From assembly GCA_963713975.1 (NCBI GenBank), contig OY970218.1, positions 544,001-608,000 of the forward strand: a stretch of DNA of 64,000 bases, given 5' to 3'. Under the pieces are notes generated by a model. The model did no database searches. It saw nothing but the letters and a program-made list of their open reading frames with translations, and was not told where the DNA came from. Source of the stretch: an uncultured Chloroflexia bacterium. GTDB taxonomy: Bacteria > Chloroflexota > Limnocylindria > Limnocylindrales > CSP1-4. A program made the position numbers and the translations under genes. Below, piece after piece: positions 47,760 to 57,775 of this stretch (positions are counted from its first letter, which is position 1; every line of letters starts with the position of its first letter).

Positions 47760-48802
47760 CCACCACGCCGTCGATCCGGATCGGGCTCGTCGGCTGCGGT
47801 GCGATCTCGACCCAGCACCTCGAGGCGATCGCTGCGGTCGACGGCCTGGCGCTCGCGGCTGTCACGAGCGCTTCCGTCGACCGGGCACGCGCGGTGGGCG
47901 AGCGGTGGGGGGTGCCCTGGTCGATGTCGCTCCACGATCTCCTCGCTCGCGACGACGTCGACGCGGTGACGATCTGCACGCCATCCGGGCTCCACCCGGA
48001 GCAGGCGCTCGCCGCGCTGCGATCGGGTCGTCATGCGATCGTCGAGAAGCCGATTGCCCTCTCCGTGGAGGAGGCCGAGGCCGTGGTCCGGGAGGGTCAC
48101 GACCGGGGACTCGCGGTGGCCACGATCTCTCAACGTCGATTCGAGCCTGCTGTCCGGGCCCTGGAGGCAGCGGTCGCGGCCGGCGCCCTCGGGCGGATCT
48201 CGCTGATCATCGCGGAGGGGCTGTACCACCGACCACAGGCGTACTACGACAGCGCGGCCTGGCGGGGTACGCGCGAACTCGATGGGGGCGTCCTGATGAA
48301 CCAGGCAATCCACATGATCGATCTCGTGCGCTGGATCGGCGGGCCGGTCTCATCCGTCTCGGGGCATGTCGCCACGCTGGGCCACCGGATGGACGCCGAG
48401 GACACGGCATCGATCTCCCTGCGGTTCGCCAGCGGAGCGCTGGGAGAGATCGTGGCCACGACCTGCGCCACGCCGGAGTTCCCGACCGAGCTCAGGGTCT
48501 ACGGCGACCGGGGCCACGTCCGCATCGCCGGCGAGCGTGCCGTGGAGTGGGACGTGCCTGGTGTCGAGGCGCCACGCGATGATGACACTCCGGCACCTGC
48601 CGGAACCGCAGGCACACAGACGTGGGGCACGAACGCTGTGGGCTACCTGCGCCAGTACGGCGACTTCGTCGAGGCCGTCCGTGCCGGTCGCGCCCCCGTC
48701 GTCACCGGCGAGGACGGGCGCAATGCCGTGGCGATCGTTGCCGCCGCCTATGAGGCGGATCGCAATGGACGAGCAATCGCGCTCGGAGGAGGCCTGCGAT
48801 GA
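47756..48802 (+). CDS. Gfo/Idh/MocA oxidoreductase (sugar 3-dehydrogenase-like)
   Basis: GCGAIS, TPSGLH, EKP and WRG..LDGGVLMNQAIH motifs. Confidence 0.93.
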   Translation: MTTTPSIRIGLVGCGAISTQHLEAIAAVDGLALAAVTSASVDRARAVGERWGVPWSMSLHDLLARDDVDAVTICTPSGLHPEQALAALRSGRHAIVEKPIALSVEEAEAVVREGHDRGLAVATISQRRFEPAVRALEAAVAAGALGRISLIIAEGLYHRPQAYYDSAAWRGTRELDGGVLMNQAIHMIDLVRWIGGPVSSVSGHVATLGHRMDAEDTASISLRFASGALGEIVATTCATPEFPTELRVYGDRGHVRIAGERAVEWDVPGVEAPRDDDTPAPAGTAGTQTWGTNAVGYLRQYGDFVEAVRAGRAPVVTGEDGRNAVAIVAAAYEADRNGRAIALGGGLR

Positions 48803-50076
48803 AGGTCGGGGCAGCAAAGGTCGACATCACCCCGCCGCTGGGCTACCGGATGGACGGGTTCGAGTCGCGCACGAGCGGCGCCACCGGGATCCACGATCCA
48901 CTCCACGCCCGGGCGCTCGTTGCGGAGGGCGACGACGGGACGACCGTGGCGCTGATGGTCGCGGACCTGCTGCAGGTGGAGCTGCGGCTCCAGGAGCAGG
49001 TCGCCGCGGAGGTCCTGGAGCGGACCGGCATTCCGCGGGATCGCCTCCAGCTTGCCGGCACGCACACCCACAGCGGACCCGCGCAGCGGGAGCCGTCGGA
49101 CGTGGAGCGTGCCATCGGCAACCGGATCGCCGACGCCGTGGTGCAAGCGTGGGACGCGAGGCGCGAAGCGGTTGCCGCGATCGGGATCGGGCACGTTGAC
49201 GGAATCGCCGGCAACCGTCGGCCGAACGGCGGGCCCGTAGATGATCGTGTGACGGTGACTCGCTTCGACGGGATCGACGGGGAGCCCATCGCCACCCACG
49301 TCAACTACGGCTGCCACGCCACAACCCTTGGACCCAACAACACGCTCTACACCGCGGACTACCCAGGCGTCCTGTGTCGCCTGGTCGACGAGGCTGCGGG
49401 CGGGGTGACGATCTTCACGACCGGCCCGCAAGGCGACGTGAACCCAGGGGGCTACTCCCCCGAGGGAAGCATGGTCGGGGTCGTCGTGCCGTGGCGGACA
49501 TTCGAGTCCGCCGAGCGTTACGGGCACATCCTGGCCGATTGCACGCTCGCGATCCGGGAGAGCCTCACACCCGCGTCCTCCTCCCGGGTGTGGGGAACCT
49601 CCCGGATCGTCGAGCTCCTGCGCAAGCGTCTGCCGGATCCCGTCGTCGCGCGGCGTGCAGCCACCCTCGCCCGTGACGCGGAGCGGGCCGTCTCAGCGGC
49701 GGACCTCACCGCGGACGCTACCTACCATGCGCTCGTTGCCGCGGCGTACGCGGAACTGGTTGCGGAGCAGGCCGAGGCCCCGGATCGCGACGGCCCGGTA
49801 CGGGTGCGGGCGAGTGCGCTCGCCCTGGGGCCGCTGCTGCACCTTGGAGTGTCCGGCGAGCTGTTCGTTGCCCTGGGCCAGGAAGCGCGGCAGGCGCTCG
49901 GTGCGGACAGCACGTGTATCGCCGCATTGTGCGACGGCACGGTGGGCTACATCCCGACAGCCGAGGCATTCGAGATTGGAGCCTACGAGCCGAACGCAAG
50001 CGTCCTGCAGCCAGGAGAAGGGGAGCGCCTGATCCGGGCGCTGATCGAGCTTGCCTCGGCGGCACCGCCCGCCTGA
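48799..50076 (+). CDS. Neutral/alkaline ceramidase N-terminal-like Zn amidohydrolase
   Basis: DITPP, HDPLHARAL, THTHSGP, NYGCH, ADYPG, GDVNP, GYIPT and YE motifs. Confidence 0.8.
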   Translation: MKVGAAKVDITPPLGYRMDGFESRTSGATGIHDPLHARALVAEGDDGTTVALMVADLLQVELRLQEQVAAEVLERTGIPRDRLQLAGTHTHSGPAQREPSDVERAIGNRIADAVVQAWDARREAVAAIGIGHVDGIAGNRRPNGGPVDDRVTVTRFDGIDGEPIATHVNYGCHATTLGPNNTLYTADYPGVLCRLVDEAAGGVTIFTTGPQGDVNPGGYSPEGSMVGVVVPWRTFESAERYGHILADCTLAIRESLTPASSSRVWGTSRIVELLRKRLPDPVVARRAATLARDAERAVSAADLTADATYHALVAAAYAELVAEQAEAPDRDGPVRVRASALALGPLLHLGVSGELFVALGQEARQALGADSTCIAALCDGTVGYIPTAEAFEIGAYEPNASVLQPGEGERLIRALIELASAAPPA

Positions 50077-50139
50077 AGAGCTCCACCATCGAGGCCACGT
50101 GATCCGTCCACCTGCGTTCCGCCATTCGGGAGACATCAG

Positions 50140-50898
50140 ATGACCGCCCCGATCCACGCCACCTACCTCGACCGGGCCATGGAGCTGCTCGCGCGTATCC
50201 GCGATGAGGAGGGTGAAGCGATCGCGCGAGCCGGCTTGGCCGTCGCGGATCGCATCGCCGAAGACCGCCTCATCTATGTGATCGGGCCCGGCGGCCATTC
50301 GCAAATCGGTGCGGAGGAGGTCTTCTCGCGCGCTGGCGGCCTGGCCTGCATCTGGTCGTTTCTCGACGACGGCTTCTACCTGGGTCACGGCGCCGCGCGG
50401 TCGATGGCCATCGAGCGCACGCCGGGCTACGCGCGCGCCATCCTGGATGGTGCGGGAATGAGCGACGGCGACATCCTGTTCATCGTCAACGCGTACGGCA
50501 TCAACTCGGCGACGATCGACAGCGCGATGTATGCCCGCGAGAAGGGGCTGACCAGCATCGCGGTCACCTCGGTCGCCAACCAGCGCGGTCTGCCACAGGG
50601 TCACCCGAGCCGCCACCCGAGCGGACAGGACCTGTGTGACCTTGCCAACATCGTCGTGGACACGAAGATGCCCTTGGGCGACGCGGTCATGGCCGTGGAT
50701 GGCGTCACCGAGAAGGTCGGCCCCGTCTCGACGATGGTCAACGCCTACGCGATCAACTCGATCATGCTGGAGGCAATCGCCGACCTCGCCCGTCGGGGGA
50801 TCGAGCCGCCGGTCTGGCGGAGCTCGAACAGCCCTGGTGGGGATGAGGCGAACCTCGCCGTGACCGCGCGGTATCGGCATCGCGTCCCGAACTTGTGA
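50140..50898 (+). CDS. SIS-domain sugar isomerase (UPF0309-like)
   Basis: GGHS..AEEVFSRAGGL, SRHPSG.DL and PPVWRSSN motifs. Confidence 0.85.
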   Translation: MTAPIHATYLDRAMELLARIRDEEGEAIARAGLAVADRIAEDRLIYVIGPGGHSQIGAEEVFSRAGGLACIWSFLDDGFYLGHGAARSMAIERTPGYARAILDGAGMSDGDILFIVNAYGINSATIDSAMYAREKGLTSIAVTSVANQRGLPQGHPSRHPSGQDLCDLANIVVDTKMPLGDAVMAVDGVTEKVGPVSTMVNAYAINSIMLEAIADLARRGIEPPVWRSSNSPGGDEANLAVTARYRHRVPNL

Positions 50899-50994
50899 GG
50901 CCCGGGTTACGACCGCAGCAGGCATCGGCGACAATGACCGTGATTCCCAACCGGGCAACCGTGCCTGCCGGCCGGAAGGGCCTTGCGTCCGGGA

Positions 50995-51021
50995 TGTCCG
51001 ATGATCTACTGTCGGACAATC
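50995..51021. promoter_or_regulatory. Candidate FadR operator copy B: TGTCCGA-N10-TCGGACA, including TCTACTGTCGGACAATC
   Basis: Immediately upstream of the GntR/FadR gene. Confidence 0.7.
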
Positions 51022-51047
51022 TCGTGCAGGAGGGGTCGGTCCGAGCC

Positions 51048-51830
51048 ATGAGCCTTCATCGTCCCCAGACACTAACGACTGTCGTCGCGCAGTTCATCAG
51101 GGACGCGATCGTCCACGGTGAGTTCGCGCCGGGATCGCGGCTCCCTGAGGTGGCGCTTGCGGCCCAGCTCGAGACCTCGCGCGGGACCGTCCGGGAGGCC
51201 CTCCGGACGCTTGCCGACGGCGGGCTCATCCAGATCATCCCCCGCCGGGGCGTGTTCGTCTCCCAGCTCTCGGTACGCGCGACCTGGGAGATCACGAGCC
51301 TGCGTGCTCTCCTGGAGCCCTACGCCTCACGACTGGCGCTGGAGGCAAGCGGCGCCGATCCGGCCATCGAGCGTGAGGTCCGGGCGGCATTCGAGGTCCT
51401 CAGGAAGGCCGTGCGTAGCAGGGATCCGCTGACGGTCGCCGACGCGGACGTCGCGTTCCACCGCTCGGTCTTCGCCCGTTGCGGACACGAGATGCTGCTC
51501 GGCCGGCTCGATACCTTGCAGGCGTTGTCGCGCCGGATCGTGCTGACCAACCAGATCGCCTCAGCCGATGCGCCAACCCTGATCGCCCAGCACGCCCCGA
51601 TCGTCGAGGCTGTCCAGCTCCGTGACCCGGAGCTCCTGGAGGCTGCGGTCCGCGCCCATGTGATCGAGGCCGGTGAGCTGCTCATGACACGGATGGCCGC
51701 ACTGGAACCGAACCGAGCGAAGCGCCCGCAGGCGACCACATTCGGGCTCGGCCGCTGGCCGTCGGGGGCGAGCCCGCATCCAAGACGATCGAACATGCAG
51801 ACCGGGCTCGGTTCCGACAATGGAGAGTAG
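51048..51830 (+). CDS. GntR family regulator, FadR/FCD subfamily
   Basis: wHTH PGSRLPEVALAAQLETSRGTVREAL and FCD motif D..FH...H...H. Confidence 0.92.
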   Translation: MSLHRPQTLTTVVAQFIRDAIVHGEFAPGSRLPEVALAAQLETSRGTVREALRTLADGGLIQIIPRRGVFVSQLSVRATWEITSLRALLEPYASRLALEASGADPAIEREVRAAFEVLRKAVRSRDPLTVADADVAFHRSVFARCGHEMLLGRLDTLQALSRRIVLTNQIASADAPTLIAQHAPIVEAVQLRDPELLEAAVRAHVIEAGELLMTRMAALEPNRAKRPQATTFGLGRWPSGASPHPRRSNMQTGLGSDNGE

Positions 51831-52039
51831 GAAGTCATCACACATCGGCTGGCCCGCCAGGCCGCGCGGGAGAGGTGACGCGGAGACCCGCGCGGCCGCT
51901 GTGGGCCATTTCCGGGGAGTCCGGCCCTCGTGGAAGCCGGCTCCAATATCCGAGCATCTGCCACGGAGCAAGGGAGACGAACGCCTCTGAGAGTGCTGGC
52001 TCCGCGTCATCGATCGTCATCCGAACCTGGAGGAGGAAC

Positions 52040-53425
52040 ATGGCAAGCTCTCGGCTACTGACCAAGGCAATCGTGCTGTCCGCGGGACTCGCGATCGCAT
52101 TTGCAGCCTGCGGCTCGAGCTCGGCGACCACCGCGCCGGCCACCCAGGCCGCCGGCGCCACAACGGCCCCGGTCGAATCTGCCGCCACCGCTGACGCGTG
52201 CGGGACCGATCCCGTCACGCTGAACGTATGGGGAGGCTATCCCGAGGTCGACGACGTCTACAAGCAGGCCGGCGCAGCCTTCAAGGAGGCACATCCCAAC
52301 GTTGACTTCACGGTCTTCAGCACCGACCTCCGCGGCTTCGAGCAGAAGCTGACCACCGCGCTCCCCTCCAAGACGGCAGGCGACGTCGTCGTCCGGACGA
52401 CGAACTTCCTCGCCCGCTTCATCGATGAAGGCCTGCTCCAGCCGGTCCCCGACGACCTGAAGGGCGAGATCACCGGAGGTGGCTACGCGCCCGAAGTCGT
52501 CCAGGACAACACCTACTCCGACAACATCTGGGGCATGCCGCTGTTCACCGGCGGAACGGCCGTCTACTACAACACCGACATGTACACGGAAGCGGGCCTC
52601 TCCGGTCCCCCGATGACGATGGACGATCTCAAGTCCAACGCATACAAGCTGGCCAAGACGGACGCGAACGGCAACCTGACCCGGTCGGGCTGGAGCCTCC
52701 GGCTGTCAGGTCAGGGCAGTGGCGTTGCAGAGAAGTTCTGGATCCTCCTGCTCCAGGACGGCAAGACACTCATCCGCGAGACCCCGGAGGGGTCCGGCAA
52801 CTGGGTTGCCGAGTACAACGGCCCGGAGGGCGCGAAGCTCCTCCAGATGTACGTCGATATGCTGAAGGACAACGTCCTGTCCTTGGAGATCGATGGTGAT
52901 GCCAAGGCGTTCGAGACCGAGCAGACCGCGCAGTTCCTGCGCGAGTCCTGGGTGGTCCCCGAGATCGCCGCGACGGTCCCGGATCTGGTCGGCCACTACG
53001 CGACCGTGGCACCGCCTGCTGCGGACATCCTGACGGTCGAATCAATGTTCGTGCCGGACGCATCGCCGAACGCCGCCTGCGCGTGGGAGTTCATCCGATT
53101 CATGCGCGAACAGGACCAGCAGATCAACCTGCTGAAGGTGTCCGGCTGGCTGCCGGCCCGCGGCGACCTCGACCTGGCCGCCTTCCTGGCGGAGAACCCG
53201 ACCTACGAAGGCTTCCTCAAGCGGCCGGACGGCTTCCAGCTGACGACCACACCGCCGATCGCCGAGTTCGACGAGATCGAGACCAAGCTCGCGACGCACC
53301 TGGTCGAGGCCTACGCCGACTTTGCCAACCTTGCCGGGCAGCCCGACAAGATCCAGGCCCTGCTCAACACCTGGGCCGATGAGACCAACCAGATCCTGAA
53401 GGACAACGGCCACTTCGGCGGCTGA
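52040..53425 (+). CDS. Carbohydrate ABC substrate-binding lipoprotein (CUT1)
   Basis: GGAGG RBS, lipobox FAAC, WGMP..VYYNTDMY.EAGL and AWEFIRFM. Confidence 0.92.
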   Translation: MASSRLLTKAIVLSAGLAIAFAACGSSSATTAPATQAAGATTAPVESAATADACGTDPVTLNVWGGYPEVDDVYKQAGAAFKEAHPNVDFTVFSTDLRGFEQKLTTALPSKTAGDVVVRTTNFLARFIDEGLLQPVPDDLKGEITGGGYAPEVVQDNTYSDNIWGMPLFTGGTAVYYNTDMYTEAGLSGPPMTMDDLKSNAYKLAKTDANGNLTRSGWSLRLSGQGSGVAEKFWILLLQDGKTLIRETPEGSGNWVAEYNGPEGAKLLQMYVDMLKDNVLSLEIDGDAKAFETEQTAQFLRESWVVPEIAATVPDLVGHYATVAPPAADILTVESMFVPDASPNAACAWEFIRFMREQDQQINLLKVSGWLPARGDLDLAAFLAENPTYEGFLKRPDGFQLTTTPPIAEFDEIETKLATHLVEAYADFANLAGQPDKIQALLNTWADETNQILKDNGHFGG

Positions 53426-53509
53426 TCCAAGTAGCATTGTGGGCGCCGACGGCACGGGCCGCGGCGCCCACGCGCATCCCCGGCACCCGATCCAGGAAGG
53501 GTCGATGGA

Positions 53510-54430
53510 TTGAACAGTCCCTTGGCAGCCGTGCGCAACATCCCGAGGCGGCGGTGGGTCCGCTACCGCTTCGTGCTCATCGTGCTCGCGCCCGTGATGG
53601 CGCTGTTCTTCTACCTGCGCGTCATCCCGACCGGGCAGGCGATGCTGATGAGCCTGTTCGACTGGGAGCTCATCAAGCCTGCCGAGAAGTTCGTCGGGCT
53701 CGACAACTATGTGAACCTGCTGTCCGACGACAACTTCAGGCTGGCGTTCACGAACACGACCATCTTTGCCGTGGCGACCACCGTGTTCTCGGTGCTGATC
53801 GCCCTGTTGCTCGCCGCATTGCTGTCACGGTTCGTGACCGGCCGGCTCGGCGGCTTCCTCGAGCTGTTGTACTTCGCCCCGGTGCTCGTGCCGATGGTGC
53901 CGGTCACGCTCGGGTGGCGCGAGATCTTCAACTACCAGCACGGGATCCTGAACTCGGCGCTTGAGGTCTTCGGGATCGGCAAGCAGCCGTGGCTCAGTGA
54001 CCCCACGATGGCTCTCGTCGCGGTCGTGATCCTGTCGGTCTGGAAACAGGTCGGGTACAACATGATCATCCTGCTGGTGGGGATGCGGGCAATCCCGGTG
54101 ATCTACCACGAGGCGGCAGCCGTTGACGGTGCGAACGCGTGGCAGCAGTTTCGGCGGATCACACTGCCCCTGCTGGCGCCCGTCACGCTGTTTGTGGTCG
54201 TGATCACGACCATCTCGGCGTACAACGTGTTCACCCAGGTCTACGTGCTGGCGTCCGATGTCCAGGGGGCACCCGGCCGTCTCGTGCGCGTGCTCGTGTA
54301 CGACATCTTCGAGAACGGGTTCAGGTTCTTCAATATGGGCTACGCAGCGGCAGAGGCCATGTACCTGTTCATCATCATCCTCGCCCTGACGATCATCCAG
54401 TTCCGGTTCCTGCGGGGGTCCAACCCGTGA
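53510..54430 (+). CDS. Carbohydrate ABC permease (MalF-like)
   Basis: FVGLDNY and EAAAVDGA.AWQQFRRITLPLL. Confidence 0.93.
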   Translation: MNSPLAAVRNIPRRRWVRYRFVLIVLAPVMALFFYLRVIPTGQAMLMSLFDWELIKPAEKFVGLDNYVNLLSDDNFRLAFTNTTIFAVATTVFSVLIALLLAALLSRFVTGRLGGFLELLYFAPVLVPMVPVTLGWREIFNYQHGILNSALEVFGIGKQPWLSDPTMALVAVVILSVWKQVGYNMIILLVGMRAIPVIYHEAAAVDGANAWQQFRRITLPLLAPVTLFVVVITTISAYNVFTQVYVLASDVQGAPGRLVRVLVYDIFENGFRFFNMGYAAAEAMYLFIIILALTIIQFRFLRGSNP

Positions 54431-55272
54431 TCTCATCTCGGCGCACGCTCGTCGGCAAGATCTCGTACTGGATCGTCGTCGCCCTGCTGTTCGCTGGCGG
54501 CCTGCTCATGGTGTTCCCGCTGTTCTGGTTGTTCAGCACATCGTTCCGTCCGGCAACTGAGCTGCTCAAGGTGCCACCGTCGCTGCTCCCCGAGGTTTGG
54601 ACGATCGCGAATTTCGAGAAGGTCTTCGCGACGGCCCCCGTGATGTCGTACCTGTGGAACAGCGTCGTGTTCGCCGTCATCTCCACGGTGTTCATCCTCG
54701 TGACGTCGACGATGGCGGGCTACATCTTCGCGAAGTTCAAGTTCCCCGGGAACAACGTCCTGTTCATGCTCGTGATCGCGACGGCGATCGTGCCGTTCGA
54801 GATCTACATGGTCCCGCTGTTCCTCCAGATGAACACCCTGGGCCTCGTGAACACGCCGATCGGCCTGTTCCTGCCGTTCCTCGTGCTCAGCTACGGGATC
54901 TTCTTCATGCGTCAGAACACGATCACGAGCGTGCCCGACGAGCTCCTCGACGCCGCCCGTATCGACGGCATGGGTGAGTTCTCCATCATGCTCAGGCTCG
55001 TACCCAGGCTGCTGGCGCCGGCGATGGCCGCACTTGCGATCCTCGCCTTCATCCAGGCATGGACCGCGTTCATCTGGCCGCTGCTCATCCTCAACGAGCC
55101 GAAATACTTCCCGATGGAGCTCGGGCTGTCGCAGTTCGCGAACAGCACCCGGGTCGACTTCGGCGCGGTCGCGGCAGCGGCCGTCTTCGCGATGCTGCCG
55201 ACCCTCCTCGCGTTCCTGATCCTGCGGCGCCGGATCGTCGAGGGCATCACGCTCACGGGGCTCAAGGGCTGA
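54427..55272 (+). CDS. Carbohydrate ABC permease (MalG-like)
   Basis: GTGA overlap, ELLDAARIDG, and C-terminal EGITLTGLKG. Confidence 0.93.
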   Translation: MISSRRTLVGKISYWIVVALLFAGGLLMVFPLFWLFSTSFRPATELLKVPPSLLPEVWTIANFEKVFATAPVMSYLWNSVVFAVISTVFILVTSTMAGYIFAKFKFPGNNVLFMLVIATAIVPFEIYMVPLFLQMNTLGLVNTPIGLFLPFLVLSYGIFFMRQNTITSVPDELLDAARIDGMGEFSIMLRLVPRLLAPAMAALAILAFIQAWTAFIWPLLILNEPKYFPMELGLSQFANSTRVDFGAVAAAAVFAMLPTLLAFLILRRRIVEGITLTGLKG

Positions 55273-55300
55273 CCGCGAACCCCCGGAAAGGCCTCATTCA

Positions 55301-56518
55301 ATGACATCGATGCTGACCACACACGTGGACCCGTCCGACGCGCCTGCCGGGCTCTCGCTGCTGGGTCGATCAACGGAGGACGGGGGGGCCGTCCGGGTGA
55401 CGGTGGCGGGCGGCCTTGTCACCAGGATCGAGCGCGTCGCGGAAGACCCGGGTGGCACCTGGATCTCCCCGGGCTGGATCGACATCCAGATCAACGGCTA
55501 TGCCGGGCACGACCCGAATGACGCAGCTGCGGACGCATCAACCTCCGCGGCCATGGTCCGCGCCCTGTGGCCCGAGGGGATCACCGGATCGTGCATCACG
55601 ATCTGCACTGAGTCCGAGGAGCACATCAAGGACAACCTTCGCGCCATCGTGGCGGCCTGCGATGCCGACCCGATCATCGCTGAGTCCGTGGTCGGGATCC
55701 ACGTGGAGGGCCCACACATCGCGACCGAGGACGGGCCGCGCGGGGCCCACCCGCTGCGCCACGTGCGCCCGCCGGATATCGCGGAGTACCGGCGGTGGCA
55801 GGAGGCCGCCAACGGCCGGGTCCGGATCACCACGCTCTCGCCCGAGTACGAGGGAGCAGCCCCCTACATCCGGGCAGTCGCCGCCGACGGCGTCCTGGTC
55901 TCGATCGGGCACACCACGGCGACGGGTGACCAGATCCGGGCTGCCGTCGATGCCGGGGCCAGGTGGTCGACCCACCTTGGGAACGGCGCCCATGCCGTGA
56001 TCCGGCGCCACCCTAACTACATCTGGGACCAGCTTGCCGAGGACCGGTTGAGTGCGGGCTTCATCTTCGACGGCCACCACCTGCCGCCCGCGGTCATGAA
56101 GACCGTCCTGCGCGCCAAGGGCGTCGAACGCACCGTCCTCGTCAGCGATGCGGTCTCGATGGCCGGCCTGCCACCCGGACGCTACACGCTGTTCGACGGT
56201 GGCGATGTGGAGCTGCAGCCCGACGGCCGCCTGGAGCTGGTCGGGACGCCGCTTCTCGCGGGAGCTGTCACGGCCCTTCCAACGTGCGTCGCGAATGCGG
56301 TCCGCCATGCCGGGGCGACACTGTCTGACGCGGTGCGGATGGTGACCGCGAACCCTTCCCGCCTGCTCGGCCTGCCGATCACGGCCGGCCACGAGAGCCT
56401 TCGGACCGGCGTCGCCGCCAACCTGACGATGTTCCGCCGAGCCGAGACCACTGGTGCTATCGAGATCGTCAGGACAATTGTTGGCGGGACGGTGGTGTTC
56501 GAGTCGCCGGCCCGTTGA
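55301..56518 (+). CDS. nagA: N-acetylglucosamine-6-phosphate deacetylase-like amidohydrolase
   Basis: PGWIDIQING, HVEGP, GAH, IGH, THLGN, DGHH and VSD motifs. Confidence 0.85.
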   Translation: MTSMLTTHVDPSDAPAGLSLLGRSTEDGGAVRVTVAGGLVTRIERVAEDPGGTWISPGWIDIQINGYAGHDPNDAAADASTSAAMVRALWPEGITGSCITICTESEEHIKDNLRAIVAACDADPIIAESVVGIHVEGPHIATEDGPRGAHPLRHVRPPDIAEYRRWQEAANGRVRITTLSPEYEGAAPYIRAVAADGVLVSIGHTTATGDQIRAAVDAGARWSTHLGNGAHAVIRRHPNYIWDQLAEDRLSAGFIFDGHHLPPAVMKTVLRAKGVERTVLVSDAVSMAGLPPGRYTLFDGGDVELQPDGRLELVGTPLLAGAVTALPTCVANAVRHAGATLSDAVRMVTANPSRLLGLPITAGHESLRTGVAANLTMFRRAETTGAIEIVRTIVGGTVVFESPAR

Positions 56519-56559
56519 CCCCGGCGATCCCGGACCCCTTCTGTTCGACGTCTCGCACG

Positions 56560-57642
56560 TCAGCGCTGGATGCGCGCCGATCCGCCGGCGGCGAGCGCGC
56601 GGACCTGCTGCTCGGTCGCCATGGTGGTATCGCCCGGGAAGGTCGTGAGGAGCGCGCCCTGGGCCCAGCCGAGCCTCACTGCCTCGGCGGGGGTCTCGCC
56701 GGCCAGCAGCCCGTAGATGAACCCCGACGCGAAGCCGTCACCACCTCCGACGCGATCGTAGACGTCGAGCTCGCAGGTTGGGGCCACGACGCTGTCGCCC
56801 CCGATCCACGCGACCGCACTCCAGCCGTGGCGCGAAGCGGAGTGAACCTCACGAAGGGTCGTTGCGACGATCCTGAGTCGGGGATACTGCTCCGCCACGC
56901 GGTTCATGACGTCCAGGAAGGCTGCCGGATCCAAGGCGTCCCGGGATCGTACCTCCGGACCCTCGATCCCGAGCCCTGCCTGCACGTCCTCCTCGTTGCC
57001 GACCAGGACGTCCACGTGCTCGACGATCCGCCCGAGCACATCGCGCGCGCGATCCTCGCCACCGAAGGCGCGCCACAGCTTGGCGCGGAAGTTGAGATCG
57101 AACGACACGATCGCGCCGGCGGCCCTCGCCGCCTGCATCGCCTCGATGATCAACTCCGGCGTGGTGGGCGAGAGTGCGGCGAAGATGCCGCCACTGTGGA
57201 ACCAGCGGACTCCGGCACCAAAGATGGTCGCCCAGTCGAAGTCGCCCGGCGCAAGCCGTGCGGCGGCCTCGTTGGCGCGGTTGTAGAAGACGACGGGAGC
57301 GCGCATCCCGAAACCCCGGTCGCTGTACACCGACGCGATGTTGGGCCCGGTGACGCCATCGTGATCGAAGTGACGGTAGATCCCGGTGACACCCATCGAG
57401 CGGACACTCTGGGCAACGTGGTCACCGATCGGGTAGTCCACCATCGCGGTCGCGATGGCCGTCCGGAGATTGAAGGCGTCCGCCAGATTGGCAGCAACGT
57501 TGAACTCGCCGCCGGACACGTGGACCGCATACGACGTGGCCTTGCGGAACGGGATCAATCCCGGGTCGAGGCGGGTTACCACGGCCCCCAGGGCGAGCAG
57601 GTCGAACGCGCCATCAGCGCGGATGTTGAGTGGGTTCACCAT
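56560..57642 (-). CDS. kdgK: PfkB sugar kinase, 2-keto-3-deoxygluconate kinase-like
   Basis: GGEFNVA, SFDLNFRAKLW, GNEED and DRVGGGDGFASG motifs. Confidence 0.75.
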   Translation of the reverse strand: MVNPLNIRADGAFDLLALGAVVTRLDPGLIPFRKATSYAVHVSGGEFNVAANLADAFNLRTAIATAMVDYPIGDHVAQSVRSMGVTGIYRHFDHDGVTGPNIASVYSDRGFGMRAPVVFYNRANEAAARLAPGDFDWATIFGAGVRWFHSGGIFAALSPTTPELIIEAMQAARAAGAIVSFDLNFRAKLWRAFGGEDRARDVLGRIVEHVDVLVGNEEDVQAGLGIEGPEVRSRDALDPAAFLDVMNRVAEQYPRLRIVATTLREVHSASRHGWSAVAWIGGDSVVAPTCELDVYDRVGGGDGFASGFIYGLLAGETPAEAVRLGWAQGALLTTFPGDTTMATEQQVRALAAGGSARIQR

Positions 57643-57704
57643 CACGCCACCTCGCTGCGACGACCGGCCGCCGCCTCCGTGCACATCATCGCAGGAACCG
57701 GCGA

Positions 57705-57729
57705 AGATTGTCCGATTGACGGACAATCT
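57705..57729. promoter_or_regulatory. Candidate FadR operator copy C: AGATTGTCCG-N5-CGGACAATCT
   Basis: Perfect 10-bp inverted repeat between the divergent kinase and LamG genes. It shares GGACAATC with copies A and B. Confidence 0.72.
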
Positions 57730-57775
57730 GGCTCTCTTGTCATCGTGTTTCCGCCGCCCCGAGAGGAGTCGTCGC

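Noticed and set aside
46569-48802. AHBA/aminoglycoside or O-antigen biosynthesis cluster
   Set aside because: There are no PKS, cyclase, nucleotidyltransferase, glycosyltransferase or resistance genes. An importer plus deacetylase and deaminase point to catabolism.
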